From: a virus
Taxonomy: Duplodnaviria > Heunggongvirae > Uroviricota > Caudoviricetes
Strand: one strand, 5' to 3'
DNA: 64,000 nucleotides
IMG/VR virus record: IMGVR_UViG_2695420523_000009
Coordinates: 12,534 to 76,533 of that record
Shown here in pieces: positions 54,702-63,595 of the stretch (its first letter is position 1; every line of letters starts with the position of its first letter). The notes beneath the pieces were generated by a model, which saw only the letters and a list, made by a program, of their open reading frames with translations, was not told where the DNA came from and did not search any database. Position numbers and translations under genes: made by a program.

Positions 54702-54870
54702 TTATTAAGGCCATCAGCATTGGTGGCCTTAAATGACCATCTTGTTTCCCGCAGGCTAAAAACACCAACCTCTTACCTCCAGGCAACCGACAAACCCACC
54801 TGTTCCCGTCCGGCTACCGCAACTTTCCACTTTGACGCCTTATTCGTACAACGATAATTAACGCCAACAA

Positions 54871-54886
54871 GAAAACAATTTGTTAT
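54871..54886. promoter_or_regulatory. GAAAACAA-N-TTGTT palindromic motif
   Basis: GAAAACAATTTGTTAT, 19 bp upstream of the ATG at 54906. Confidence 0.5.
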
Positions 54887-54905
54887 TTACGATAAGGAAT
54901 TAATC

Positions 54906-55388
54906 ATGAATTTTATCGCTACTGTAAACGCACCCGCACATGGCAATATCGCTGTAACGTTCTCTGACATTGAAAAACGAGTACTTGGTGCATGGCGCGA
55001 CAATGAGACGGTAGAACTGTCAGCACAAGAAAAATGCATTATTGCACGCGACATCATTGGCAATCGTCGTTACTCGCGGGTATTTGAGAAAGCGTATGTG
55101 GTAAATTCTGGATTCGGAACGTTCGTCTTTCCGGTGCGCTCCGGGCGATTCTGCCAGTCCAAGCTGATTGAGTTCGCTACGCAGATTTCTGTCTGGATTA
55201 AAACTCAATCGTCGTTCAAATTTTCCGACGATGAAGCAGTATCGCAGGGGATGCGGATCGCCAACAATGCGATTAAATGCAAAAACATTACGTATACCGC
55301 TGGCGTTGATACATGGAAACTGTTTTGCGCTAACTTTATGCTGAATGTATACGCAAGCAACCGCATCCACATCCTTGATGGCGTGTAA
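54906..55388 (+). CDS. hypothetical protein
   Basis: 160 aa, RBS AAGGAA. Confidence 0.55.
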   Translation: MNFIATVNAPAHGNIAVTFSDIEKRVLGAWRDNETVELSAQEKCIIARDIIGNRRYSRVFEKAYVVNSGFGTFVFPVRSGRFCQSKLIEFATQISVWIKTQSSFKFSDDEAVSQGMRIANNAIKCKNITYTAGVDTWKLFCANFMLNVYASNRIHILDGV

Positions 55389-55392
55389 CTGA

Positions 55393-55420
55393 GAAGAGGG
55401 CCAGAAACGGCCCTTTCTCT
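55393..55420 (+). terminator. rho-independent terminator
   Basis: GAGGGCC-agaaac-GGCCCTT followed by TCTCT. Confidence 0.6.
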
Positions 55421-55438
55421 ATAGCCACCAGCTGCCGC

Positions 55439-55550
55439 AGGGAAATTTTCAGAAGCGGCGAGGAACGTATTCATGAGCCGACGGGGAACGGCCAGGATTT
55501 TTTCGGGAAACGGCTGCATTTGCCTTTGTGTAGAAAAAACATCGGGAAGC
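55439..55550. repeat. direct-repeat array, GGGAAACGG family, about 22-bp periodicity (array 2)
   Basis: CAGGGAAAT, GAGGAACG, GGGGAACGGCC, CGGGAAACGGCTG, CGGGAAGCTGG; same family as array 1 at 51876..52009. Confidence 0.55.
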
Positions 55551-55963
55551 TGGTGGAATCCAACCAGCGGTTGTCGGACAGGTGAGCGGGGAAAATTATG
55601 ATGACTTTCGTCACCTGAGACATCCAGATTTCTTTCGTAGCATAATCACATACGTGATTAAGTGGTGTGATTATGTGAAAAATCACGCGCACATAATACG
55701 CGAGCGGATACGGAACAAAACAAAATGCCGATCCGCGCCGACAAATAAACGCGGATCATAAAGCAAGACTAAAAGCCAATGATTAACTATGCGCTATAAC
55801 GCGTTTTAAGCGCGTTAATGTGTTAAGTAATGGGTATGTACTGGCAAGGATATAAAAGCGCGTCTATGGCGTTATTTTGGCGCTTATTTTTATGTTGTTG
55901 GAGTGAGTTAAAGACAATAAAAAACGCGCCATCAATGGCGCGTTATTGTGGAAGTATTGGAAA

Positions 55964-56000
55964 CGAAAAAAGCGCCCATAGTGGGCGCTCGATTTTATTT
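55964..56000. terminator. bidirectional terminator; GCGC-rich hairpin family member
   Basis: AAAAAAGCGCCCATAGTGGGCGCTCGATTTTATTT; serves the minus-strand operon ending at 55995. Confidence 0.7.
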
Positions 56001-56225
56001 ATGTAAACTGATTTCAAATCCCATTTCTACAAACGCTTTTAACATTAAAAATAGATCAGCGTCGTTCACGTCTGCTTTTTTTCGCTCCTGGTCGCTCAAT
56101 AAGTCAATTTTGCGCGTCGTTTCATCTATAAGCTCGACTGCGCGCCCAGCGTAACCAGCGATCCCAGCGATGCGATTAACATAATATTCATTATGGACGT
56201 TAACGCCAGCGATAAGAACAAACAT
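55995..56225 (-). CDS. hypothetical protein
   Basis: 76 aa, last gene of a 3-gene minus-strand operon in an AT-rich islet. Confidence 0.45.
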   Translation of the reverse strand: MFVLIAGVNVHNEYYVNRIAGIAGYAGRAVELIDETTRKIDLLSDQERKKADVNDADLFLMLKAFVEMGFEISLHK

Positions 56226-56246
56226 GATTAAGCTCCTTAAAAAAAA

Positions 56247-56495
56247 TTAAATAGAATTTTGAAGTTTTCCGATTAATGCGCTTAAGCGTAAGTATTCACG
56301 TTTGCGCTTGCAATCTCGCTTGCTGTTAAGCAAATCAGAAAACGTAAAATTTAATTGGTCGCGTTGCGCGATCAAATCGTCGATTAATTCCAGTTTATAA
56401 GCGCGATAATTTGCGCGATATTCTGCGCGGATCTTGTCATAGCTGACCATCTTTAAAGCTCCTTTAAAGCGCCCATTGTGGGCGCTTGATTCCAT
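56247..56495 (-). CDS. hypothetical protein (start possibly internal, at about 56450)
   Basis: 82 aa ORF; a GCGC hairpin at 56467..56487 lies in its 5' end. Confidence 0.4.
   Translation of the reverse strand: MESSAHNGRFKGALKMVSYDKIRAEYRANYRAYKLELIDDLIAQRDQLNFTFSDLLNSKRDCKRKREYLRLSALIGKLQNSI
56467..56487. repeat. GCGC-rich palindromic hairpin AAGCGCCCATTGTGGGCGCTT
   Basis: Near-identical to the 55971..55989 palindrome; related palindromes at 55924..55945 and 55797..55815. Confidence 0.6.
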
Positions 56496-56498
56496 TAA

Positions 56499-57149
56499 TT
56501 ACGCTTTAAAAGCATCAGCTAAATAATTGTAGAAATCATTCTTGATAAAGCGATATTGCTGTGTACCAGCTTTGGCGCTCCCAGCTCCTTTGACTTTTTC
56601 AACAAGTCCGAGACGTTCGCAAAGATTGATCAACTGGTTGGCTTGAGTATAGCCAGCGTCCAATTTAATTTCACACGCTTTTTTAGCTTCATTCATTAAA
56701 TCGAAAACAGCGCCATTGGTGAACGTGTCGATCTCGTCGTTAATCATATCGATTAAAGCGAATACACGAGATCCAGACATATCAGCGATGGAATAAATGC
56801 ATTTACCAGATTTAATTGATTTAACCAGATAAACCAGTTTTTCCAGAGAATAACTATTAGTCATTGCATCACGAAAAAATACTTCTGGCGCTTGTTTGCT
56901 TGCTTTAATCGCATAGTAGAAAACAGAGCACAATTTTTCGTCTTCTACAGCGTTTACAACGTTGTTGATGAAGTAAGCTAGTTTAGTGGTCGCAGCTTGC
57001 ATATTTGCTTTGTCTGCTTTAGTGTGCGTACCATTTTTATAATGTTCGTTGTATGTTTGAGTTGCCAGATCTGCTTTTTCGCGCAGTTCATCGGATACAA
57101 TGGAAGCAGCTTCAACGATGGATTTTTTAGAAATGATAATGTTAGCCAT
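56499..57149 (-). CDS. hypothetical protein (C-terminal winged-helix-like segment)
   Basis: 216 aa; C-terminal QLINLCERLGLVEKVKG resembles a wHTH recognition region; preceded by a 280-bp AT-rich promoter region. Confidence 0.55.
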   Translation of the reverse strand: MANIIISKKSIVEAASIVSDELREKADLATQTYNEHYKNGTHTKADKANMQAATTKLAYFINNVVNAVEDEKLCSVFYYAIKASKQAPEVFFRDAMTNSYSLEKLVYLVKSIKSGKCIYSIADMSGSRVFALIDMINDEIDTFTNGAVFDLMNEAKKACEIKLDAGYTQANQLINLCERLGLVEKVKGAGSAKAGTQQYRFIKNDFYNYLADAFKA

Positions 57150-57433
57150 GATGATTTTTCCTTATGTAAATTTAAAATTTATTGTCGTTAGCGTCTTCGC
57201 TTTCGACGAGTTCAATCATCGATATACGAAAAAAGATTGCAAGTGTTTTTTTTAAAATTTTTTGCAGGGATGAAAGTCCTAGAAATAAAAGCGAGATCGT
57301 CGAAGGTGTTCCCTAAATAAATAATCGATTCCGGCTTTAGACCTTATATATATTTAGGTTATTTGATTTATAGATATAAAGAAGTGATGTGAAAAATAAT
57401 AACCGGACTTAGCCGGTTATTAACCTTATAGAT

Positions 57434-57742
57434 TTATTGAACAGACTCTACAGCCTTACGATTGGTGTCAAATAGCGCATCAACGAACTGTGCCGATGAC
57501 TCGCTAGATTCGCAATCCAACATTGCCCGTTCTTCATTTGCCACTTTCTTACACAGTTCCACATTCTCGCCTATCGCTTTTCCTGCTTTTACGGCTGCCG
57601 AAAATTGATACATGCAAACTGATACATTCTGAGACGTTGAGCACACGTCATTCATCAGCGACTGAATGACAGGCTTATAGTCCATTGCATTTGCTGCAAC
57701 TGAGCAAAGTAAAAATAATGGTGGTAACAATATCGATTTCAT
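57434..57742 (-). CDS. hypothetical secreted Cys-containing protein
   Basis: Signal-peptide-like MKSILLPPLFLLCSVAANA; 102 aa; 3 nt after the upstream gene. Confidence 0.5.
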   Translation of the reverse strand: MKSILLPPLFLLCSVAANAMDYKPVIQSLMNDVCSTSQNVSVCMYQFSAAVKAGKAIGENVELCKKVANEERAMLDCESSESSAQFVDALFDTNRKAVESVQ

Positions 57743-57745
57743 AAC

Positions 57746-58270
57746 TCAAAAAGGCAAAATTCGTTCAACCCAATCGAACAAAACAACTATTTTTCTACCG
57801 TTCTCGACACGTAGTGTAACCTGACAAGCATCTGCACCTGCTGACACCCCCTCAATTTCACGGCCATCCGCCATGTACACCCTTATAGATTTGTTTGCTT
57901 TGTAGGCTTGGTTGCAAATTGCAAAAAAATCGCGGCGTGATGGCCGATTATCGACATAATCAGGGTGAACTGTTAGTCGACCTTTGAAATCGTGAGCGAT
58001 ACTGTCAACCACACCTGATTCAATTGTACTAATGCGTTCAAGTGGGAGCCTTATACGATTTTCTTTGTCAAAAGGGGCTGGGCAAAGGTCAACTTTGTTA
58101 CGAGATGGCATGAGGCCATAAACGTACATGCAAAACGCCTGGCCATCTTCGAGAGTGACCCTTACAGGAATTTGTTCTCTGCGCCAGAACATCAGTAGTT
58201 TTTCAACGTTAGTGTAATCTCGCGGCCAGAGTTCAGCTTGGATACCGTAGGTAATATCTTTGGTTGTCAT
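57746..58270 (-). CDS. hypothetical protein
   Basis: 175 aa from the internal ATG at 58270; the ORF-track start 58348 would overlap the upstream lipoprotein gene by 74 nt. Confidence 0.45.
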   Translation of the reverse strand: MTTKDITYGIQAELWPRDYTNVEKLLMFWRREQIPVRVTLEDGQAFCMYVYGLMPSRNKVDLCPAPFDKENRIRLPLERISTIESGVVDSIAHDFKGRLTVHPDYVDNRPSRRDFFAICNQAYKANKSIRVYMADGREIEGVSAGADACQVTLRVENGRKIVVLFDWVERILPF

Positions 58271-58274
58271 GTCA

Positions 58275-58739
58275 TCACAGAGTTGTTGGCAGAATGTCGA
58301 TGTCACCAGAATTGCTGGTGAACACCCTGAACGCTTTTGTGTCTCCATTCTTCAGAGTCGTTTCTCGCTCTTGACGAGCGGGGTTTAGAGCACATAAACC
58401 TGCACCTTCAAGAGATGCACCCACAATTAATTCTCCGGCATTTAAATGGAAAGTCGCTTTTTCGCCTGTAGCCAGTTTTGCGACAGTTTCGCCGTTGATG
58501 AAAATGGAAGCATCACATCCAGCTCCTACAAAACCTGTGTCTCTCATTACCACCAACGTAGCTGGCGCTGCGCTTTGATACTTGAACACTTTGGCCTGCG
58601 GTGCTGGTTTGGCGTCATGGATTGATATTGGGCGTGATTGGCACGCGGTAAGCATCAACACTGGTAACGTTAGTAGAGGGAGAAGCGAGTATTTCATGAT
58701 AGTTTTAGAACAGAAAGTGAACAGTATGGGAGACTTCAT
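58275..58739 (-). CDS. putative lipoprotein
   Basis: Lipobox LTAC; the internal Met (58697) gives a canonical 19-aa lipoprotein signal peptide (MKYSLLPLLTLPVLMLTAC); RBS AGGGAG before the 58739 start. Confidence 0.6.
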   Translation of the reverse strand: MKSPILFTFCSKTIMKYSLLPLLTLPVLMLTACQSRPISIHDAKPAPQAKVFKYQSAAPATLVVMRDTGFVGAGCDASIFINGETVAKLATGEKATFHLNAGELIVGASLEGAGLCALNPARQERETTLKNGDTKAFRVFTSNSGDIDILPTTL

Positions 58740-58765
58740 CTTTGTCTCCCTAATTGATAGCGTGA

Positions 58766-59044
58766 TTATTTTAATCTGCTTAATAGCGTTTCGAGATCTT
58801 CCTTTGTCATATTAGAGTTCTCATAGATACGCATGATTTTCTCACGAGTCTTAGCGGAAGCCCCGACAGAAGATATAACCTTGTCAAAGTCGGCCATTGT
58901 CAATTGTTCCAGAATGGTATTTATGACTTCAGCCTTAGACATTTTGATATTTTTTTCTTTTAGTTTCACTTGAAACTTTCCAAGTTTGTCATTGGCCTTA
59001 TCAGACAATGCTACCTGACAGTAAGTTGTTTTCTTTTCACTCAT
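58766..59044 (-). CDS. hypothetical protein
   Basis: 92 aa, starts 2 nt after the helicase stop (coupled). Confidence 0.5.
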   Translation of the reverse strand: MSEKKTTYCQVALSDKANDKLGKFQVKLKEKNIKMSKAEVINTILEQLTMADFDKVISSVGASAKTREKIMRIYENSNMTKEDLETLLSRLK

Positions 59045-59046
59045 AA

Positions 59047-60606
59047 CTAATCTCGTTTCAGAACTCCAAAATCGAATGCTCCATCAATAGGCAATACACC
59101 TTCTGCAAAGCCAGGTGTGGTGTCGATGATGTGTTTTCGCTCATAAGAGTGAGACAACAGGTATTTGTTGCTAATGTCAATGAAATCAGTGATAAAACAC
59201 ACGTTTGCCTGATTTTTTTTGGCTCGTAAGCCACGACCGACACGCTGTCTCATTTCAACTTCTGCTTTCCCACCACCAGCAAGAATGACCGCACCAACGC
59301 TTGGCACATCAACACCAACATCCAGAATAGTCGAGCCTATTAAAACATCTATTTCACCAGACGCTAAACTATTCAGCTTTGCTTGCCTTGTCGTCTGGTT
59401 AGATTCCCCATAGATGAAATCAACTTTAAGACCTGACTCCTTCATCATCTCCATCAGGATTTGCCCGTGGCGTTTAAGACGAACCAGAGTCATGCAGTTG
59501 AGTGAATGTTGCTTATAAAGCAATGCCTCGCGCACTATGGCCTCGTTACGTCCCAAATTATACACGATCCCCAACTGATAAGCCTTTTGGTAGGCGGTGC
59601 TCATACCAACTCTAAAATTGAGGTGTTTGTTGGCAAGTTCGGCCTTGATTCTGGCCTCGTCTGGCTTGTAGGCAACTTTATGATAAAGGAAGTACGGCTT
59701 TGCCAGAATGCCTCGATCAATCAGGTACTTTTCTGTGACTTTAATTTCAATTCGCCCGGCCACCGCCATCAGGCGCATGTTGGCTTCCGTCGAATCCTTC
59801 ATGAACGGCGTGGCTGTAAGCGCCAGACGATAGTCTGCGTTCACACATAATCTGGCAATGTCATAGAAATTAGAGCCTGAAGACTCATGCGCTTCTTCCA
59901 GAATAAGCAGAGACACACTTGAAAGGAAGCGTTTCACCAACTCCCGACGTTTGAGATGGTAGCTCTTTTTATCTGGTGTTGCATCGCGTGGTGGTTCTTC
60001 AAGGAAACTTGCCAGAGTTTGAACTGTAGCGACGTTGATATGTCGTGATACCTGGAACTCACCCGAGCCAATGACTCCAACCTTTTGGCCCTTTAACCAC
60101 GGTTCGCCATTTTCGGCGCGGTAGTCGATGGATCTCTGGAAGTTTTCGGCCATTTGAAACATCAGAACAGAGCGGGTTGTTAAAAATAATGTCATTCGAC
60201 CGATACGTGCAGCTGCTTTGCAGGCAACGTTAGATTTCCCGCCACCAGTAGCGATCTGCGCAATCATCATTCCCTCTCGAACCAGTGTTTCCACAGTCTG
60301 ATCCTGATACGCATAATCAGGATTGTATGGGAATGGGTTAACCGCCGGATTTGGTTTACCAAGCGCCGGGGCTTTGTCTTTGCGGATATGAACACATTTG
60401 ATGCCCGCCTTGTTCAAGTTCGCCGCTACAGGCTTGGCAAAGCCAGCAGGGAACGAGTTTTTACTCCAGTTGAACATCGTGCTTGTGCCCTTCCAGTCGC
60501 CAGTCTCGACTTCGTAGCTCAACATTTGCTGCACCAGTTGCTTTACCTTGTCATCTGCGCCAGAAATAAGCGCATTTACTGCGTTAGATACAATCCGAAC
60601 AGTCAT
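59047..60606 (-). CDS. superfamily-2 DNA/RNA helicase (DEAD/DEAH-like, ResIII-type)
   Basis: Walker A IATGGGKS, DEAH-like LILEEAHE, motif III LTATP, motif VI QRVGRGLR. Confidence 0.85.
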   Translation of the reverse strand: MTVRIVSNAVNALISGADDKVKQLVQQMLSYEVETGDWKGTSTMFNWSKNSFPAGFAKPVAANLNKAGIKCVHIRKDKAPALGKPNPAVNPFPYNPDYAYQDQTVETLVREGMMIAQIATGGGKSNVACKAAARIGRMTLFLTTRSVLMFQMAENFQRSIDYRAENGEPWLKGQKVGVIGSGEFQVSRHINVATVQTLASFLEEPPRDATPDKKSYHLKRRELVKRFLSSVSLLILEEAHESSGSNFYDIARLCVNADYRLALTATPFMKDSTEANMRLMAVAGRIEIKVTEKYLIDRGILAKPYFLYHKVAYKPDEARIKAELANKHLNFRVGMSTAYQKAYQLGIVYNLGRNEAIVREALLYKQHSLNCMTLVRLKRHGQILMEMMKESGLKVDFIYGESNQTTRQAKLNSLASGEIDVLIGSTILDVGVDVPSVGAVILAGGGKAEVEMRQRVGRGLRAKKNQANVCFITDFIDISNKYLLSHSYERKHIIDTTPGFAEGVLPIDGAFDFGVLKRD

Positions 60607-60652
60607 AAACCTCTTTCCTTAGTGCCTTTTGTATGTTATTTGGCTATTATAA

Positions 60653-60668
60653 TAAGTAAGTGATTACT
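60653..60668. promoter_or_regulatory. palindrome AAGTAA-gtga-TTACTT in divergent promoter region
   Basis: Between the helicase (minus) and ParB-like (plus) genes. Confidence 0.4.
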
Positions 60669-60670
60669 TA

Positions 60671-61369
60671 GTGGATTGTAGCAATAAAATGGATGTAAAA
60701 ATCACGATTTTGCAGGTTGATGTTGCCAACCTTCGCCCGAATACCTGGAACACCAATTCGGTTGGTGCGCAGAATTTTGAAAAACTGAAAGGTTCTATCG
60801 AAAAATTGGGCTTTTTTAAGCCAATTTTGGCTCGTGAACTTGAAGATGGATTTTTTGAAATCCTCGGCGGTGAACATCGCTGGCGTGCTGCTATTGAGCA
60901 AGGAATTTCAACGGTTCCGGTGCTTTCTGTGGGCAAAATTAGCGATGTCGTAGCTAAACAGATGTCACTGGTGGACAACGAGCGATACGGTGAAGACGAC
61001 CAAATCGCATTGCAACGCTTCATTGAAGAAATTCAGTCAGAACTTGACTATCAACTGTCTGAAATCGCCCCGTATGACGACGAAATCTCGATGGTTTTAG
61101 CAAAAGAGGCGGCAATCGACCTTGAAGCACTGGAGGCGTTGTCTCGTGGTAGTGATGAGCCTGTCGATACCGACAAACGAGAGAAAACCGAACGTGTGGG
61201 TGCGGAACATCAGACCATGCGCTTCAAAGTAACTTTCGATGCGTCAGATCGTGTTGCAGAAACCATAAAAAACATCATCAAAGAGCAGGCTATTAACACC
61301 GGTAATGAAATGGAGAACGCTGGTGAGGCTCTGGTGTGGCTGGTTGACTACTACAAGGAGCGTATGTAA
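60671..61369 (+). CDS. ParB-like N-terminal (ParB/Srx) domain protein 1
   Basis: ParB/Srx core ILGGEHRWRAAIEQG; start uncertain (GTG 60671 or ATG 60689); stop overlaps next start. Confidence 0.7.
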   Translation: MDCSNKMDVKITILQVDVANLRPNTWNTNSVGAQNFEKLKGSIEKLGFFKPILARELEDGFFEILGGEHRWRAAIEQGISTVPVLSVGKISDVVAKQMSLVDNERYGEDDQIALQRFIEEIQSELDYQLSEIAPYDDEISMVLAKEAAIDLEALEALSRGSDEPVDTDKREKTERVGAEHQTMRFKVTFDASDRVAETIKNIIKEQAINTGNEMENAGEALVWLVDYYKERM

Positions 61370-62037
61370 TGACCAAAAAGTTTGAAATCGTATATCGCGA
61401 CCCGGCAGATCTTATTCCCTATGAGATGAATGCCAAAAAGCATGATGAACAGCAGATCCGAGATCTAGCCGCAGCCATTAAAAAGCGCGGATTTGACCAG
61501 CCAATTACGGTCGATAAGAACGACGTAATTATTACTGGCCACGGCCGCCGTGAGGCTGCAATTTTTGCTGGACTTGAGCGCGTACCGGTTATTGTTCGCG
61601 ATGATCTCAGTGATGACGAGGTTCGTGCGAAGCGCCTTGAAGATAACCGACTTGCCAGCATTGATTACGATGCAATTAAGCTACAGAAAGAGCTTGAGTC
61701 GCTTGTTCTGGACGATATCGAGGTTTTCGGCTTTGAAGAGCGTGAGTTGAATGTTCTCGTTGGCAGTATGACAGAAGAAATGGACACCGACTCGCTAGTT
61801 ATCGATCTTGGCGAAGAAACTAAACGACAGAAGGATGAACACACCGAGATCAGTCGTGAAGTTGCAGCGGAGGAAGTACGTGTTGTCGACGTATTGGGCT
61901 TTAAAACGCTCCCTGCTGGCTCTGCCATTGTTGTTGGTGATTTGCTTGCCCACATGGAAGAAATGACGGGAGAAAGCGGGGTAGACGCATTTGTGGCATA
62001 TGCGGAGAAGATCTCTTCCGGGGAGATGGCTGCATGA
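61369..62037 (+). CDS. ParB-like N-terminal (ParB/Srx) domain protein 2
   Basis: IITGHGRREAAIFAG ParB-box-like motif; acidic C-terminal half; 4-nt overlap with next gene. Confidence 0.7.
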   Translation: MTKKFEIVYRDPADLIPYEMNAKKHDEQQIRDLAAAIKKRGFDQPITVDKNDVIITGHGRREAAIFAGLERVPVIVRDDLSDDEVRAKRLEDNRLASIDYDAIKLQKELESLVLDDIEVFGFEERELNVLVGSMTEEMDTDSLVIDLGEETKRQKDEHTEISREVAAEEVRVVDVLGFKTLPAGSAIVVGDLLAHMEEMTGESGVDAFVAYAEKISSGEMAA

Positions 62038-62699
62038 GCAAATACATCATCAACGTATCGTTTCAGACACGCGTAAATAAAACCACGCGCACGTTGGAAA
62101 TCGCTGAGTCGTTCGGGCTTGGCCTGGACGAAAAAGAGTGGACGCTTTACGACAATCTGGAGCTGGAAGTGAAGCAGGGCGATGTGGTGTACATTACCGG
62201 CCAATCCGGTTCCGGCAAATCCGTTGTGCTGCGCGAGCTGCAACACCAGATGAAGGATGAAGGGCTATCTGTGGCCTCCATCGATGATTTTACCTTCGAT
62301 AATGAGGTTAACGTCATTGACCAACTGGGCAAAACTACCAGTGATGCGCTTGGGTTGTTATCTATGGCTGGTCTGAACGATGCATATCTGTTTGTTCGCA
62401 AGCCTTCTGAAATGTCAGACGGTCAGAAATATCGTCTCAAGATTGCCAAACTGATTGAGTCAGGCGCTAAAGTGTGGGCTGCTGACGAGTTCGGCGCTGT
62501 TCTCGACCGTGTAACCGCTCAGGTTGTGGCGTCTAACCTCCAGCGTGCCGCTCGAAAGGTTGGTGCGACGGTAATGGTGGCGACGACTCACGAAGACCTG
62601 AAGAACGCGCTGCGCCCGGATATGCAGATCACCAAGCACTACAAAGAACGCGTGAAGGTGGAATATCACAATGGTAGTCATGATGAGGTCCATTCATGA
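62034..62699 (+). CDS. ABC-type ATPase (stand-alone nucleotide-binding domain)
   Basis: Walker A GQSGSGKS, ABC signature-like MSDGQKYRL, Walker B/D-loop VWAADEFGAVLD, H-loop ATTHED. Confidence 0.75.
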   Translation: MSKYIINVSFQTRVNKTTRTLEIAESFGLGLDEKEWTLYDNLELEVKQGDVVYITGQSGSGKSVVLRELQHQMKDEGLSVASIDDFTFDNEVNVIDQLGKTTSDALGLLSMAGLNDAYLFVRKPSEMSDGQKYRLKIAKLIESGAKVWAADEFGAVLDRVTAQVVASNLQRAARKVGATVMVATTHEDLKNALRPDMQITKHYKERVKVEYHNGSHDEVHS

Positions 62700-63586
62700 C
62701 GGACATCATCATTAAACGCTACCGCCCTGAAGAGTTTCCGCGTCATCTGGACTTTCTGGAGCGAATGACTGTTACAAAGGGAACTGTAGAGGACTGGCAC
62801 GCTCTTAAGTCGCTTCACTACAAAACAGACGGCAAACCTTTCGCGCCAACTTACTATCGCTGCGAACTTGATGACCGTCTGGTGGGCGTCGTGGTTATGG
62901 CTTACCCGAAACTACTGTTGGCACCTCGCCACCGCATGTTTCCTAAGTTGAAACCAACCACTAATACCACCGTGGCTAACCAGTACTGGGGTCGGTACGT
63001 GAATAACAACTTTGCGGTGATCAGTCGCTCAGTTGTGGATACTCAGTATCGTGGCGTAGGCGTCTCTTATCGAATGATTAACCTGGTTAGCAGGATGCAT
63101 GACCGGCCAATCATTGAGATCCAGTCCTCGATGAGCAAATACAATCCCTTCGCCATGAAAGCAGGGTTTAAGTTCATCCGCCCTGAGCGACCGAAGAGCT
63201 ATGAAAGTGCACTGCGTGTATTCCAGCGCCATTTCCGTTCCGACCCGGGTGATAACGAGGCGATCGTCAAAGAGTTGTTCGCAATGAGCGAGTCTCGTCG
63301 TCGCCGTGCACTGCGTGATCTGGTGGCGGACTACCACAAGAACAGTTCCCTGGCAAAAGCTGGGCGGAATCGTGGCACGACGATTCAGGACATTGCCGAC
63401 AGTCTGGTGGACGAGGCCAGCATTGTGAAGCTGCTCAAGGACATTCACAACCTGAGCTTTACGTCTCCGTTGTATGGTGTGTACCGAAACCCTGACTTTG
63501 GTCGTCGACTGCCTGACACGCTGCCACTGCTGGCATTCGACAAACAATCTTTGGATAAACCGTTAGAAATTGCTTTACCGGCATAA
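62696..63586 (+). CDS. GNAT-family acyl/acetyltransferase domain protein with C-terminal extension
   Basis: Motif A-like VVDTQYRGVGVSYRMINLV and motif B-like NPFAMKAGFKFI; 4-nt overlap with upstream ATPase gene. Confidence 0.6.
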   Translation: MTDIIIKRYRPEEFPRHLDFLERMTVTKGTVEDWHALKSLHYKTDGKPFAPTYYRCELDDRLVGVVVMAYPKLLLAPRHRMFPKLKPTTNTTVANQYWGRYVNNNFAVISRSVVDTQYRGVGVSYRMINLVSRMHDRPIIEIQSSMSKYNPFAMKAGFKFIRPERPKSYESALRVFQRHFRSDPGDNEAIVKELFAMSESRRRRALRDLVADYHKNSSLAKAGRNRGTTIQDIADSLVDEASIVKLLKDIHNLSFTSPLYGVYRNPDFGRRLPDTLPLLAFDKQSLDKPLEIALPA

Positions 63587-63595
63587 GGATTTGCC

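Noticed and set aside
54707-54730. AAGGCCATCAGCATTGGTGGCCTT hairpin as a terminator
   Set aside because: Good stem but no downstream T-run on either strand; may be a structural element rather than an intrinsic terminator.
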